From NCBI GenBank assembly GCA_031370785.1, contig JANMQY010000061.1:38786-102785 (forward strand): a DNA stretch of 64,000 nucleotides. Direction: 5' to 3'. The translations under genes were made by a program, and so were the position numbers. Below are positions 1 to 8,946 of this stretch, piece after piece. This stretch comes from Candidatus Eiseniibacteriota bacterium (GTDB lineage Bacteria > Eisenbacteria > RBG-16-71-46). Numbering within the stretch: the stretch's first letter is position 1; every line of letters begins with the position of its first letter. The notes under the pieces are model-generated. The model was not told the DNA's origin. It did not search any database and saw nothing but the letters and a program-made list of their open reading frames with translations.

Positions 1-1
1 C

Positions 2-322
2 GCCCACTTCCGTCGCGCGCTGGAGTTCGACGCGTATCGCGAGGGCACGTGTCTCGCGGTCATGGAGTGCCAGATCCGGCTCGGCAATCGCAGGGCGGCG
101 ATGGTCGAATTCGAGCGCTTGAAGACGCTGCTTCGCACCGAGGTCGGCGTCGAGCCACTCCCCGAGACCGCGGAGGCGGTGCGTCAGCTGTTGAGCGGCG
201 AAGGCGTGAACGGGTGGCCGGAGCCCGGCTCGCAACAATTGGTACAACCCACTGTGGCACAGCGCGCTAGAGCCACCGCTCAAGCCTCGCTCAAGGGCTC
301 GGCGCGAGGATCTTCCCGATGA
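2..322 (+). CDS. C-terminal fragment of a BTAD/SARP-family transcriptional activator (5' end outside window)
   Basis: Frame is open from nt 2: AHFRRALEFDAYREGTCLAVMECQIRLGNRRAAMVEFERLKTLLRTEVGVEPLPET resembles the BTAD C-terminus (ALxxDPxxE...LM......G....A...Y..L...L..ELGVEP). Stop overlaps the next ATG (ATGA). Confidence 0.8.
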   Translation, partial: AHFRRALEFDAYREGTCLAVMECQIRLGNRRAAMVEFERLKTLLRTEVGVEPLPETAEAVRQLLSGEGVNGWPEPGSQQLVQPTVAQRARATAQASLKGSARGSSR

Positions 323-2877
323 AGCGAGCCCTCCAGGCTGCTGGCGAATCGAAGCGCACTCGTTGCGCCCGGCGTACGCGCGTCTTCCTGGCGCTGTCGA
401 TCGCCGCGTGCGCGCTCGTGCCTTCGCTCGCTCTCGGCGCGCCGTTCATCTGGGACCAGGACGACGACGCGATCGACGATCGGATCGAGACCGTCAACGT
501 TCTCGGCTTCTCCTTCTCGTTCGAGGGCGCCGACACGCTCGCGCCTCAGCGATTCGAAGTCGTGCGTCAGGCCGGCGGCCTCTATTTCGGCGCCTACGTC
601 GTTTTCGACCACACGCCCACCGACTCGGATCTCCTGCTGCTGACCTCGCTCGGCATGCCGGTGCTGCACCGCTACGAGAATGTGCCGGCGGTGCGCACCC
701 GTGCGACCTACGTCCAGATCGAGGCCGCGGCCGGACTGAGCGGCGTCGAGCGCATCGAAGCGGTGCCCATGCTCTACCCGCAGGTTCACGACGGGCTGGC
801 CGGAATCGGCGCGCGCGATCCTGCCGAACACGTGTTTCCGACCTGGGCAGGGAGCGGCGGCGCCGATGGAACCGGCGTGGTGGTCGCCTTCCTCGACACC
901 GGCATCAACGACGCCCCGGACGGCGCCTATCCCGGGCACGAATCGCTCATCGGCCGATCCCTCGGCGGAGCCGAGTTCGTGCATGACGATTCGCTGGTCG
1001 ACACGCCGAAGGAGGGCAGTGAGAACCCCGAGGATCGCGGCGGAACCGCCACGCACTCGCATGGGACGCACGTCGCGGGAATCACGCTCGGCTCGGGCGG
1101 CGCGAGCGGATACGCGATCGGTGTCGCGCCCGGCGCGCGATACGTCGACGTCAAGGTGCTGAACGATACGGGAACCGGCACCGAGGTCGGCGAGGGCATC
1201 GACTGGTGCATCCACAATCGCGCGCGCAACTGGGGCGTCCCGGGCTACGCCGGCATCCAGGTGATCAATCTCTCGCTCTCGAGCATCGATCGGACCGATG
1301 GGAACGACGTGGTCTCGCGTCTGGCCGACCGCGCCGCCGAGCTCGGGATCGTGGTCGTGGCATCGGTCGGGAATGGCGGGCACGATCATTTCATCCCTTC
1401 GCCGGCGGGCTCGAGCCGCACGCTCGCGGTCGGCGCGATCGACGTGCAGCACTCAGGTCCGATCGGCGATGACACCTGGGCCTCGTTCGACAACTACGGT
1501 CCGCGAGCCGACGACGGCGACCTGGACCCCAGCGACGAGCAGAAGCCCGACCTGCTCGCGCCGGGAGTGGCGGTGCTCTCCGCCGACGGCTCGTTGGTCA
1601 GCAACGGCGCCCAGTATCAGCGGCTGAACGGAACCAGCATGGCGGCCGCGTTCGTGAGCGGCGCGGTCGCGGCGCTCCGTTCCGCCTATCCCTCGCTCAC
1701 TCCCGCTGAAATCGGCGATCTGCTGCGCAGGACCGCGCGCCGCGATCTGGCGGGCGCACCCGCGGGCACGACCGGCCCCGATCCACGCTGGCGATCGTCG
1801 ATCGGATTCGGCGTGATCGATCTCTACGCCGCGCGGATCGAGATGGAACAGCCTCTGCGCTCGCAGCCGGTCCAGCTCGAGCTGAGCGCATCCGCGACCG
1901 CGATCTCGGCGGTGCTGCGCATGCAGCGCGAGCGTGGCGCGGCGGCGTTCGTGTTCGAGCGCGCGCCGGATGTGGGCGGCGCGCCCGGCGCCTTTGCGGG
2001 CTACGACTCGGTCGCGGCGGCCGGCGACTCCTCGCTCGCGGATGCGACCGATCGAGCCACGTATCCGCGCAGCTGGATCGTGCCGGTCGGAGAACGCGGC
2101 ACGGCGTTCTGGTATCGGGTTTCATTCACGGAAGGCGGGGCGCGCTACGACTCGCCCGAGCTGCGCTTCGTGAGCCCGATCGGGCCGCCCGCGGCCACCC
2201 TTGAATTCACCGTCGTGCACGACGCCTACGACCACGACATCGCCGGGCTCATCTCAACGACCGGCCCCGGAGGCTCCTACTGCACGACGCTGCCGGGCAC
2301 GCGCGCCGCGTACTCGAGCGAGTGGGTGACCGGCGAGAGCACGACGGGGACGGTCCAATGGACCTTCCACCTCGATGTTCCGCAGGGAGTCGCCGATCGT
2401 CCGAGCTCATCCCAGCCCTGGTGGCTGCGCGTCGACGAGGCCGGCTACGTCAATCGCGTGGGGCGGGTCACCGGGTACAGACTCATCTGGCACGGCGCGG
2501 GCGGCGATGAGATCTACGAGGGCGGCCCGGTGCCGATGCCCACGATCGAGGGACAGTCGGTGTTCGCCTCGATCCCCTACGCGACCACCGGCGTCGGTGG
2601 CCCCACGCCGTCGGCGGGGCCGCTACGCTTCGGGCCCAATCCGGTCGTCGCGGGCTCGACCGTGTCGTTCGCGGTATCAGTGCCGACGGATCGCACGCTC
2701 GACGTATTCGATCTGAGCGGGCGTCGCGTCGCCCGCGCGCCGTTCACGCCGGGAAGCAGCGGGGCCATCGCACGATGGTCGACGCGAAATGCCTCGGGAC
2801 AGCCGCTCGCTCCGGGGATCTACCTGGCGAGAGTGGGCAGGAGTGAAGTGGTGCGGGTCGCGGTCATTCGTCCCTGA
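319..2877 (+). CDS. Secreted subtilisin-like S8 serine peptidase with C-terminal FlgD-Ig/T9SS-like sorting domain
   Basis: Signal peptide; catalytic triad motifs FLDTG, HGTHVAG, GTSMA; KPDLLAPG; C-terminal PNP...VFDLSGRRV...W..RN.SG..LAPGIYLAR. Confidence 0.92.
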   Translation: MKRALQAAGESKRTRCARRTRVFLALSIAACALVPSLALGAPFIWDQDDDAIDDRIETVNVLGFSFSFEGADTLAPQRFEVVRQAGGLYFGAYVVFDHTPTDSDLLLLTSLGMPVLHRYENVPAVRTRATYVQIEAAAGLSGVERIEAVPMLYPQVHDGLAGIGARDPAEHVFPTWAGSGGADGTGVVVAFLDTGINDAPDGAYPGHESLIGRSLGGAEFVHDDSLVDTPKEGSENPEDRGGTATHSHGTHVAGITLGSGGASGYAIGVAPGARYVDVKVLNDTGTGTEVGEGIDWCIHNRARNWGVPGYAGIQVINLSLSSIDRTDGNDVVSRLADRAAELGIVVVASVGNGGHDHFIPSPAGSSRTLAVGAIDVQHSGPIGDDTWASFDNYGPRADDGDLDPSDEQKPDLLAPGVAVLSADGSLVSNGAQYQRLNGTSMAAAFVSGAVAALRSAYPSLTPAEIGDLLRRTARRDLAGAPAGTTGPDPRWRSSIGFGVIDLYAARIEMEQPLRSQPVQLELSASATAISAVLRMQRERGAAAFVFERAPDVGGAPGAFAGYDSVAAAGDSSLADATDRATYPRSWIVPVGERGTAFWYRVSFTEGGARYDSPELRFVSPIGPPAATLEFTVVHDAYDHDIAGLISTTGPGGSYCTTLPGTRAAYSSEWVTGESTTGTVQWTFHLDVPQGVADRPSSSQPWWLRVDEAGYVNRVGRVTGYRLIWHGAGGDEIYEGGPVPMPTIEGQSVFASIPYATTGVGGPTPSAGPLRFGPNPVVAGSTVSFAVSVPTDRTLDVFDLSGRRVARAPFTPGSSGAIARWSTRNASGQPLAPGIYLARVGRSEVVRVAVIRP

Positions 2878-3011
2878 GCGACAAAGCCGCGGCAAGACGA
2901 ACGAAGAAGATCGTGCGACATCGGGCGGAGATGGGATCTGATCCCGGTGTGATTCACACGGGGGTTGGAGCCTGGAATCCCGCTCCGCTCCGATCGTCGC
3001 ACGGTCGATGA

Positions 3012-3038
3012 GGCCGCAGGCTCCCGTGCGGCCGTTTT
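3012..3038 (+). terminator. Possible intrinsic terminator downstream of S8 gene
   Basis: GGCCGCA-N8-TGCGGCC hairpin followed by GTTTT; the U-tract is short. Confidence 0.45.
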
Positions 3039-3104
3039 GATGATGCGGCCGAAGGGCGGCGACCGTAAGGCCTCACGTGGCCGCACCGCCGCCTCGCCCC
3101 GGGA

Positions 3105-3133
3105 TTGACCCCTCGCAGTCCCCCGACGATACT
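3105..3133 (+). promoter_or_regulatory. Sigma70-type promoter for the ABC substrate-binding gene
   Basis: TTGACC-17 bp-GATACT, then GGAGGA RBS before ATG 3176. Confidence 0.6.
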
Positions 3134-3175
3134 TCCCGCTCCTGCACGCAAACCGCCGCTCCCCGGAGGAAACCC

Positions 3176-4990
3176 ATGCGCCGCATCGCAGTGTTGATTG
3201 CGCTCGCACTTTTCGCCGCGTCGCACGGTCCGGGGGTCTCGAGTGGCGCCGGTGCGGCGGACCTCCAACCTCACCCGACATACGAGGCGCTCCTCGTACC
3301 GATGCACGAGCCGGGCATCTTCGGCGGGCGGTTCGTCATTGCCTCGGCGAACGACGCCAGAACCTTCAATCCGATCCTCACGAGCGAGACCAACTCGAGC
3401 GACGTCACCGACCGACTCTTCACCGCGCTCGCCGAGTTCAACAATTCGACGCAGAAGTACGTTCCGGCACTGGCCAGCAGATGGGACGCGAGCGCCGATG
3501 GGCTGGAGTGGGTCTGGCACCTGCGCCGTGGGGCGCGTTTCTCCGACGGGCATCCGATCACTTCGGCTGATGTCGTATTCAGCTTCAACGTGGCGAACGA
3601 CACCACGCTCCACTCGCCGGTCCACGATGCGCTGCTGGTGCATGGCGAACCGATCCAGGTCACGGCGCGCGGCCCCCATACGGTGGTGACGCGGATCTCG
3701 CGGCGGTACGCCCTGATGGTCCCGACGGTGGCGTCGCTACGCATTCTCCCACGGCACGTGCTCGAGCCGGCGTGGCGGGCGGGGCGCTTCGCGGCTTCGT
3801 ACTCCGTGACCACGCCGCCCGAGAGCCTGGTGACCAGCGGCGCGTGGACGCTGCGCGAGTTCGTGCCGCACGAGAAGACGGTGCTCGCCCGCAATCCCCG
3901 CTGGTACGGCGTGGACATGTTCGGGCGGCGACTGCCTTATCTGGACCAGCTCATCTTCCTGATCGTGCGCGATCAGAACACGGCCGCGCTCAAGTTCCAG
4001 TCGAACGACGGCGAGCTGGACGCGCTCGACAACGTGAAGGCCGAAGACTACGCCGAGTACGCGAAGAACCAGGCCAAAGGCCACTACACGCTCTACGATC
4101 TTGGGCCCACTCTGACCAGCAACTTCTTCTGGTTCAACCTGAACACCGTGAAAACCCCCACGGGCGGAAGGCAAGTCGGACAGCCGTACGTCGAGGAGGC
4201 GACCTACTCCTGGTTCTCGAATCGCGACTTCCGCCGCGCGGTCTCGATGGCCATCGACCGCGATGCGATGATCCGCAGCGTGTTCTTCGGCGACGGGGTC
4301 AAGAGCTGGTCGGTGATCACTCCCGGCAACCGCCTCTTCTACAATCCCAACGCGCCTGCTTTCGACTGCAGCCCTGAAGAGGCGAAACGGCTGCTGGCCA
4401 GCATCGGATTCGAGGACCGGGATCACGACGGGGTGATCGAGGATGCAAGAGGCAACCCGGTGCGATTCACGCTCAAGACCAACTCCAACAGCAACACGCG
4501 CGTTCAGATGGCGAACTTCGTTCGCGACGACCTGGCCCGGGTTGGAATCCAGTGCACGCTGGTGCCGGTCGAGTTCAACACCATGATCGGAAACATCCAG
4601 AACGACTTCGACTACGAAGCCGCGCTCGGCGGGCTCGGAAGCACGATCCCGCCGGATCCGGGGCTGGGAGCGAATTTCTATCTCTCGCGCGGCTCGACCC
4701 ACTTCTGGAACGCCCGCCAGCGCCACCCTGAGACCCCGGCCGAGGCGAGCCTGGACAGCCTGTTCGACGCGATCGTGTCCACCGTCGACCTGAAGGCGCG
4801 CAAGCGGATCTCGGCCGAGATGGAGAACGTCATCGGCGAGCAGGGCTGGGTGGTCTGGCTGCCGGTGCTCAAGCTCAAGGTGCCGGTGCGGAACCGGTTC
4901 GGCAATGTCGAGCCCAGCACCATCCGCCACCGCATCCTGTGGAACATCGAAACCGTGTTCGTGAGACCCGCCGCAAAGCCAAAACAATAG
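3176..4990 (+). CDS. ABC transporter substrate-binding protein, family 5 (peptide/nickel, OppA/DppA-like)
   Basis: Signal peptide; PALASRW, LRRGARFSDGHPITSADVVFS, FRRAVSMAIDRD motifs; GGAGG RBS at the chosen start. Confidence 0.9.
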   Translation: MRRIAVLIALALFAASHGPGVSSGAGAADLQPHPTYEALLVPMHEPGIFGGRFVIASANDARTFNPILTSETNSSDVTDRLFTALAEFNNSTQKYVPALASRWDASADGLEWVWHLRRGARFSDGHPITSADVVFSFNVANDTTLHSPVHDALLVHGEPIQVTARGPHTVVTRISRRYALMVPTVASLRILPRHVLEPAWRAGRFAASYSVTTPPESLVTSGAWTLREFVPHEKTVLARNPRWYGVDMFGRRLPYLDQLIFLIVRDQNTAALKFQSNDGELDALDNVKAEDYAEYAKNQAKGHYTLYDLGPTLTSNFFWFNLNTVKTPTGGRQVGQPYVEEATYSWFSNRDFRRAVSMAIDRDAMIRSVFFGDGVKSWSVITPGNRLFYNPNAPAFDCSPEEAKRLLASIGFEDRDHDGVIEDARGNPVRFTLKTNSNSNTRVQMANFVRDDLARVGIQCTLVPVEFNTMIGNIQNDFDYEAALGGLGSTIPPDPGLGANFYLSRGSTHFWNARQRHPETPAEASLDSLFDAIVSTVDLKARKRISAEMENVIGEQGWVVWLPVLKLKVPVRNRFGNVEPSTIRHRILWNIETVFVRPAAKPKQ

Positions 4991-5063
4991 GCCGGTCACG
5001 CTGCGTTCGCCTCGTGCGTAAGGGCAGGAGACGCTGCTCGTTGCGAACCCTTGGTCTCAGGTC

Positions 5064-5864
5064 ATGCCCGATCCGATGAAGAGCGCACCACCCACGAAAA
5101 CAGAGGACAGTGCCCGTGTCGTGCGGAAGCACCACATGCTGGTGCGGCTGTCGCACTGGACCCATGTCCCACTGCTCTTCGGGCTGATCGCGAGCGGCCT
5201 TGCGATCTACTGGGCCGCGCCGGTTTTCGAGCATGCGCCCGACCCGGTGACACACAATCGCGACTACCTCAAGGATGCGGGAGTGGTGATCGCACGCGGG
5301 CTGGAGGACGACAGGGGCGATCCGGGCAACTGGATCTACGATCACCTGAGCCTCGGCAGGTACCAGCTCGCGCCCGCGCTGCGCCTGCACTGGGCGCTCG
5401 CCTACCTTTTCATGGTGAACGGCGTGCTCTACGCGATCGGGCTGGCCGCGGGCGGCGGATGGCGGGCGCTCCTGCCGCGCCGCTCGGACGCGCGCGAGGC
5501 ACTCCCCATGCTGCGGTTCTATCTCGGCGTGGTGCCGATGGCGCTGCTCCGGCGCCCGTGGCCCCACCCCGAAGTGCGCTCCAGGTACAACGCGCTGCAA
5601 CGCGCGGCGTACTTCTCGATGCCGCTGTTCGGCGCGCTGATGGTGCTTTCCGGGTGGGCGATGCACAAGCCGGTGCAGCTCGGCTGGCTCGAGCGAGCGT
5701 TCGTGAACTACGAGGGCGCACGCGTCGTCCATTTCGTGAGCATGCTGGTGATGGCGTCGTTCGTGGTCCCGCACGTTCTGCTGGTCATCGCCGACGGCTG
5801 GGACACGTTCCGCTCGATGGTGGTCGGCTGGTCGGCCCGCGGGAAGGACGGCGCTCATGAATGA
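5064..5864 (+). CDS. Di-heme cytochrome b membrane subunit (Ni/Fe-hydrogenase cyt b / PhsC-like)
   Basis: VRLSHW, LHWALAY, YNALQRAAY, RVVHF..M..HV; four TM segments; overlaps the Mo-enzyme gene. Confidence 0.85.
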   Translation: MPDPMKSAPPTKTEDSARVVRKHHMLVRLSHWTHVPLLFGLIASGLAIYWAAPVFEHAPDPVTHNRDYLKDAGVVIARGLEDDRGDPGNWIYDHLSLGRYQLAPALRLHWALAYLFMVNGVLYAIGLAAGGGWRALLPRRSDAREALPMLRFYLGVVPMALLRRPWPHPEVRSRYNALQRAAYFSMPLFGALMVLSGWAMHKPVQLGWLERAFVNYEGARVVHFVSMLVMASFVVPHVLLVIADGWDTFRSMVVGWSARGKDGAHE

Positions 5865-6852
5865 CCACGGGCACGAGCCGCCGCTCCCGCCGCCTTCCGA
5901 CGCTCCCGCGGAACAGTCGCCCACCGCGCGGGAGCCATCGACGGAACTCACCGCCCCCACCGCCGCGCCGGCGAGGCCGCATCGTCCGCGGCTCGTCGAT
6001 GCGCTGGCCGAGCGCCCGGAGATCATCGAGATCCCGCGGCGAAAGCTCGCCGCACAGACGCGCCGCGATTTTCTGGTGTTCGCAGCGGGAGTGCTCGCCA
6101 CCGGCGCGGGCGCGTGGTGGCTCCTCCCCGACCGCACCAGGGCGCGACTCTTCCCGGGAAGCGAGCGCGATCGTCTCGACACCCTCGCGGCGCGCATCGG
6201 CCTCACGCGGGAGCGTCGCGAGCGCGTGCTCAATGGCGCGCTCACCTTCGATGACGACATCGCCGAGGCGCTCTATTCCAGGGATCGGCGGGTGCGCACC
6301 TATCCACGCTCGGCGGTGACGCCGCTGCGCAACAACTACAACGGACGCACCCCGGGTCCCGAATACCTCGCGACCTGGGCGCTGCAGGTCTCGGGCCTCG
6401 CATCGGGCCGGACCGAGCGGCTCACCGCCGATCGATTCGAGACCGGCTTCACGCTCCGCGACCAGGTCACGCGCCTGGTCTGCGTCGAGGGCTGGAGCGC
6501 GGTGGCGTGGTGGAATGGCATCCGCTTCGCCGACTTCCTCGCCGCTTTTCCGCCGGCGCCGGGCGCGCGCTGGGCGGCGCTGCGCTCCTCGGTGAATCTC
6601 GATCCCGCAGGGAGACCGGATCCCTACTACGTCTCGATCGATCTCGAGACCGCGCGCCATCCGCAGACGCTGCTCGCGACCCGGCTCGAAGGCAGGCCGC
6701 TTACCGTCGAGCACGGCGCGCCGCTGCGGCTGCTGGCGCCGATGAAGCTCGGTCTCAAGAACATCAAGGCCATCACCGAGATCGCCTACACCGCAAACGA
6801 ACCGCCCGACTACTGGAACGAGCGCGGCTACTCGAAGTACGACGGACTGTGA
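5857..6852 (+). CDS. Molybdopterin-dependent oxidoreductase, sulfite oxidase/MsrP-like family
   Basis: Tat-like TRRDFL plus hydrophobic stretch; CVEGWS Mo-ligand Cys; HPQTLLA, HGAPLRL..P.KLG.KNIK, DYW.ERGY. Confidence 0.88.
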   Translation: MNDHGHEPPLPPPSDAPAEQSPTAREPSTELTAPTAAPARPHRPRLVDALAERPEIIEIPRRKLAAQTRRDFLVFAAGVLATGAGAWWLLPDRTRARLFPGSERDRLDTLAARIGLTRERRERVLNGALTFDDDIAEALYSRDRRVRTYPRSAVTPLRNNYNGRTPGPEYLATWALQVSGLASGRTERLTADRFETGFTLRDQVTRLVCVEGWSAVAWWNGIRFADFLAAFPPAPGARWAALRSSVNLDPAGRPDPYYVSIDLETARHPQTLLATRLEGRPLTVEHGAPLRLLAPMKLGLKNIKAITEIAYTANEPPDYWNERGYSKYDGL

Positions 6853-6862
6853 GCGCCGCCGC

Positions 6863-7945
6863 TCAGCGCTTGCTGGCGCGCCGATCGGTCGGAGCGAGCT
6901 CGCCGATCAGCGCCTGAATCACCGCGGCACCGGGCAGCGCGAGCAGCGCGCCGGCGGGACCGAGCAGCTTCGCGCCGGCCAGTACGCTCACCGTGACCAC
7001 GAACGGATGCATCTTGAGGTAGCGCCCCATCACGCGCGGAGTGATGAACGTTCCGACCACCCAGTTGACCGACACGTAGAGGGTGAGTCCGAGCACCGCG
7101 AGGGACGGGCTCACGCTGATGCCGCTCAGCACGATTGCGGCCGCGGCAATCCCAAACCCGATGTACGGGATCAGCTCGGCGAGCCCGACCAGGATCCCGA
7201 GCAGCAGCGCGCCGGGCAGATGCATCAGCGCGAGCGAGGGGCCGACCGAGATCGCCATCACAACGCACACCACCGCCTGCCCTCGGACGTAGCTGCGCAG
7301 CGCGCGGTCCACCGCACCCCCCAGCCGCATGACTTCGGCGCGCATGTCTTCGGGAAGGAAACTGAGCGCGCTCTCCTGCACCGCATCGGAGTCCGCCATC
7401 AGATAAAAGGCGAGCAGCGGCACCAGCAGGAAGCCGAAGATCAGTCCGAGGCTGCCGAACAGCCGCCCCATGGCCGCGACGACGATGCCGCCCAGGTTCT
7501 GCACCCATCCCGCGGCGTTCGCGCTCAGGCTGTCGATCACCGGTTCGAGCCAGGGCTGGAGTTGGTGTTCGGCCGCGTAGGCCCTCGTTCCCTGCAGCAG
7601 CCGCGCCACGGTATCGGGCGCGGACGTCGCGAGACGTGAAGCCTCCTCGGCGATTCGCGGGGTCGCAAGCACGATGATCCAGCCCACCAGCCCGACCAGC
7701 GCGAGGATCACCAGTGCGGCCGCGGCGTGGCGCGGGATGGAGCGCCCGCCCTTGAATCGGATGCGCTCGATCGCATTGACCAATGGCAGCAGCGCGTAGG
7801 CGAGCAGCACCGAGTAGCCGACGGTCAGCGCGAGATCGCGCAGCAGCCAGACCGCGATCGCCAGCGCCAGGCCGATCCAGAGAATCGCCGAGCGGGTGCG
7901 ATTGTCGCTCGCGCGCCGCCCGGGTTCTCGCTCGCCGACGCTCAC
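6863..7945 (-). CDS. AI-2E family (PerM/TqsA-like) transporter
   Basis: Multi-TM; LAYAL.P.V, YVRGQ, IPYIG, ITPRVMG...MHP, G..GALLALP motifs. GTG start chosen by eye. Confidence 0.85.
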   Translation of the reverse strand: MSVGEREPGRRASDNRTRSAILWIGLALAIAVWLLRDLALTVGYSVLLAYALLPLVNAIERIRFKGGRSIPRHAAAALVILALVGLVGWIIVLATPRIAEEASRLATSAPDTVARLLQGTRAYAAEHQLQPWLEPVIDSLSANAAGWVQNLGGIVVAAMGRLFGSLGLIFGFLLVPLLAFYLMADSDAVQESALSFLPEDMRAEVMRLGGAVDRALRSYVRGQAVVCVVMAISVGPSLALMHLPGALLLGILVGLAELIPYIGFGIAAAAIVLSGISVSPSLAVLGLTLYVSVNWVVGTFITPRVMGRYLKMHPFVVTVSVLAGAKLLGPAGALLALPGAAVIQALIGELAPTDRRASKR

Positions 7946-8136
7946 AGGCTCCAATCCGCGCGCGCCGCATCGGTCGCGGCCCGCCCCCGAACTTCGAGCG
8001 CCGCGGAAACGGCAGGTGCGGAAACGCTGCGCATGGGATCTCCCTCCATCGAGCAACGGCGAGGCATGAACGCCGTAGGGTATCAGGCTCGCGACCGATT
8101 TGCCCGGTCCGTCCGTGGACGGGTAGGCTCGTTGGA

Positions 8137-8850
8137 ATGAGCAACGATCCCGGTATCGAAGTCATGATTCCGGCCGGCAAGGATTTTCCGGAGACGCCCG
8201 CCTACGCGGTGCTTCCGCCCGGCGCGACCCGCGGGGTGGTCGTCATTCACGAGATTCTGGGCCGGCGGCCAGATATCGATCGCGTGGTGCAGCGCTTCGC
8301 GGCCCGAGGCTACGCGGCGGTCGAGCCCGAGCTGTTCCGCGCTCCTTCGGTGTTCGCGTGCATCCGCCGCACGATGGAGGCGGTGCACACCGGAAAGGGG
8401 CCGGTCGTGCATCAGGCCAGCGCGGTGCGCTCCTGGCTGTGCGAGCAGACCGGGATCGAGGAGCGCAAGGTCGGGATCATCGGCTTCTGCTTTGGCGGAG
8501 GCTTCGCGCTCGCGGTCGGGCGCGGCTGGGGCGCGGTCTCCACCAACTACGGGATGATTCCGATCCGCCGCGAGGTGCTGCGCGGAATGGGACCGACCAT
8601 CGGCTGCTACGGCGGACGTGACCGGCCCATGCGCGGAAGCGGCGCGCGCCTCGAAGCCAGGCTCAAAGCGGTGGGCGTCGAGGTCGAGAGCCACACGTTC
8701 GAGGAAGCCGGGCACGCATTCCTGACTGACGGGCACCATCCGGTGCTCTCCTATCTCGGTCGCCCGCTCACGCACGTCGAGTACCGCGCCGACATCGCAG
8801 AAGAGGCGTGGCGCCGCATCTTCGCGTTCTTCGACCGTCATCTCGCCTGA
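8137..8850 (+). CDS. Dienelactone hydrolase family protein
   Basis: VVVIHEILG, nucleophile GFCFGG, G.D, AGHAF, AEEAWRRIFAFF. Confidence 0.88.
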   Translation: MSNDPGIEVMIPAGKDFPETPAYAVLPPGATRGVVVIHEILGRRPDIDRVVQRFAARGYAAVEPELFRAPSVFACIRRTMEAVHTGKGPVVHQASAVRSWLCEQTGIEERKVGIIGFCFGGGFALAVGRGWGAVSTNYGMIPIRREVLRGMGPTIGCYGGRDRPMRGSGARLEARLKAVGVEVESHTFEEAGHAFLTDGHHPVLSYLGRPLTHVEYRADIAEEAWRRIFAFFDRHLA

Positions 8851-8928
8851 AGCGTCGCGCCCGTCCCCCTCTCCGGCCGCGCTGGTCACGGTGCCTTCCG
8901 TCCTTTCTTGCACCGGGGCTTGGATTCC

Positions 8929-8942
8929 TGAATCTTCATTCA
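8929..8942. promoter_or_regulatory. Candidate TetR operator overlapping the tetR promoter
   Basis: TGAAT-N4-ATTCA inverted repeat 5 nt before the tetR ATG; TTGCAC -35-like box at 8908. Confidence 0.4.
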
Positions 8943-8946
8943 CCTG

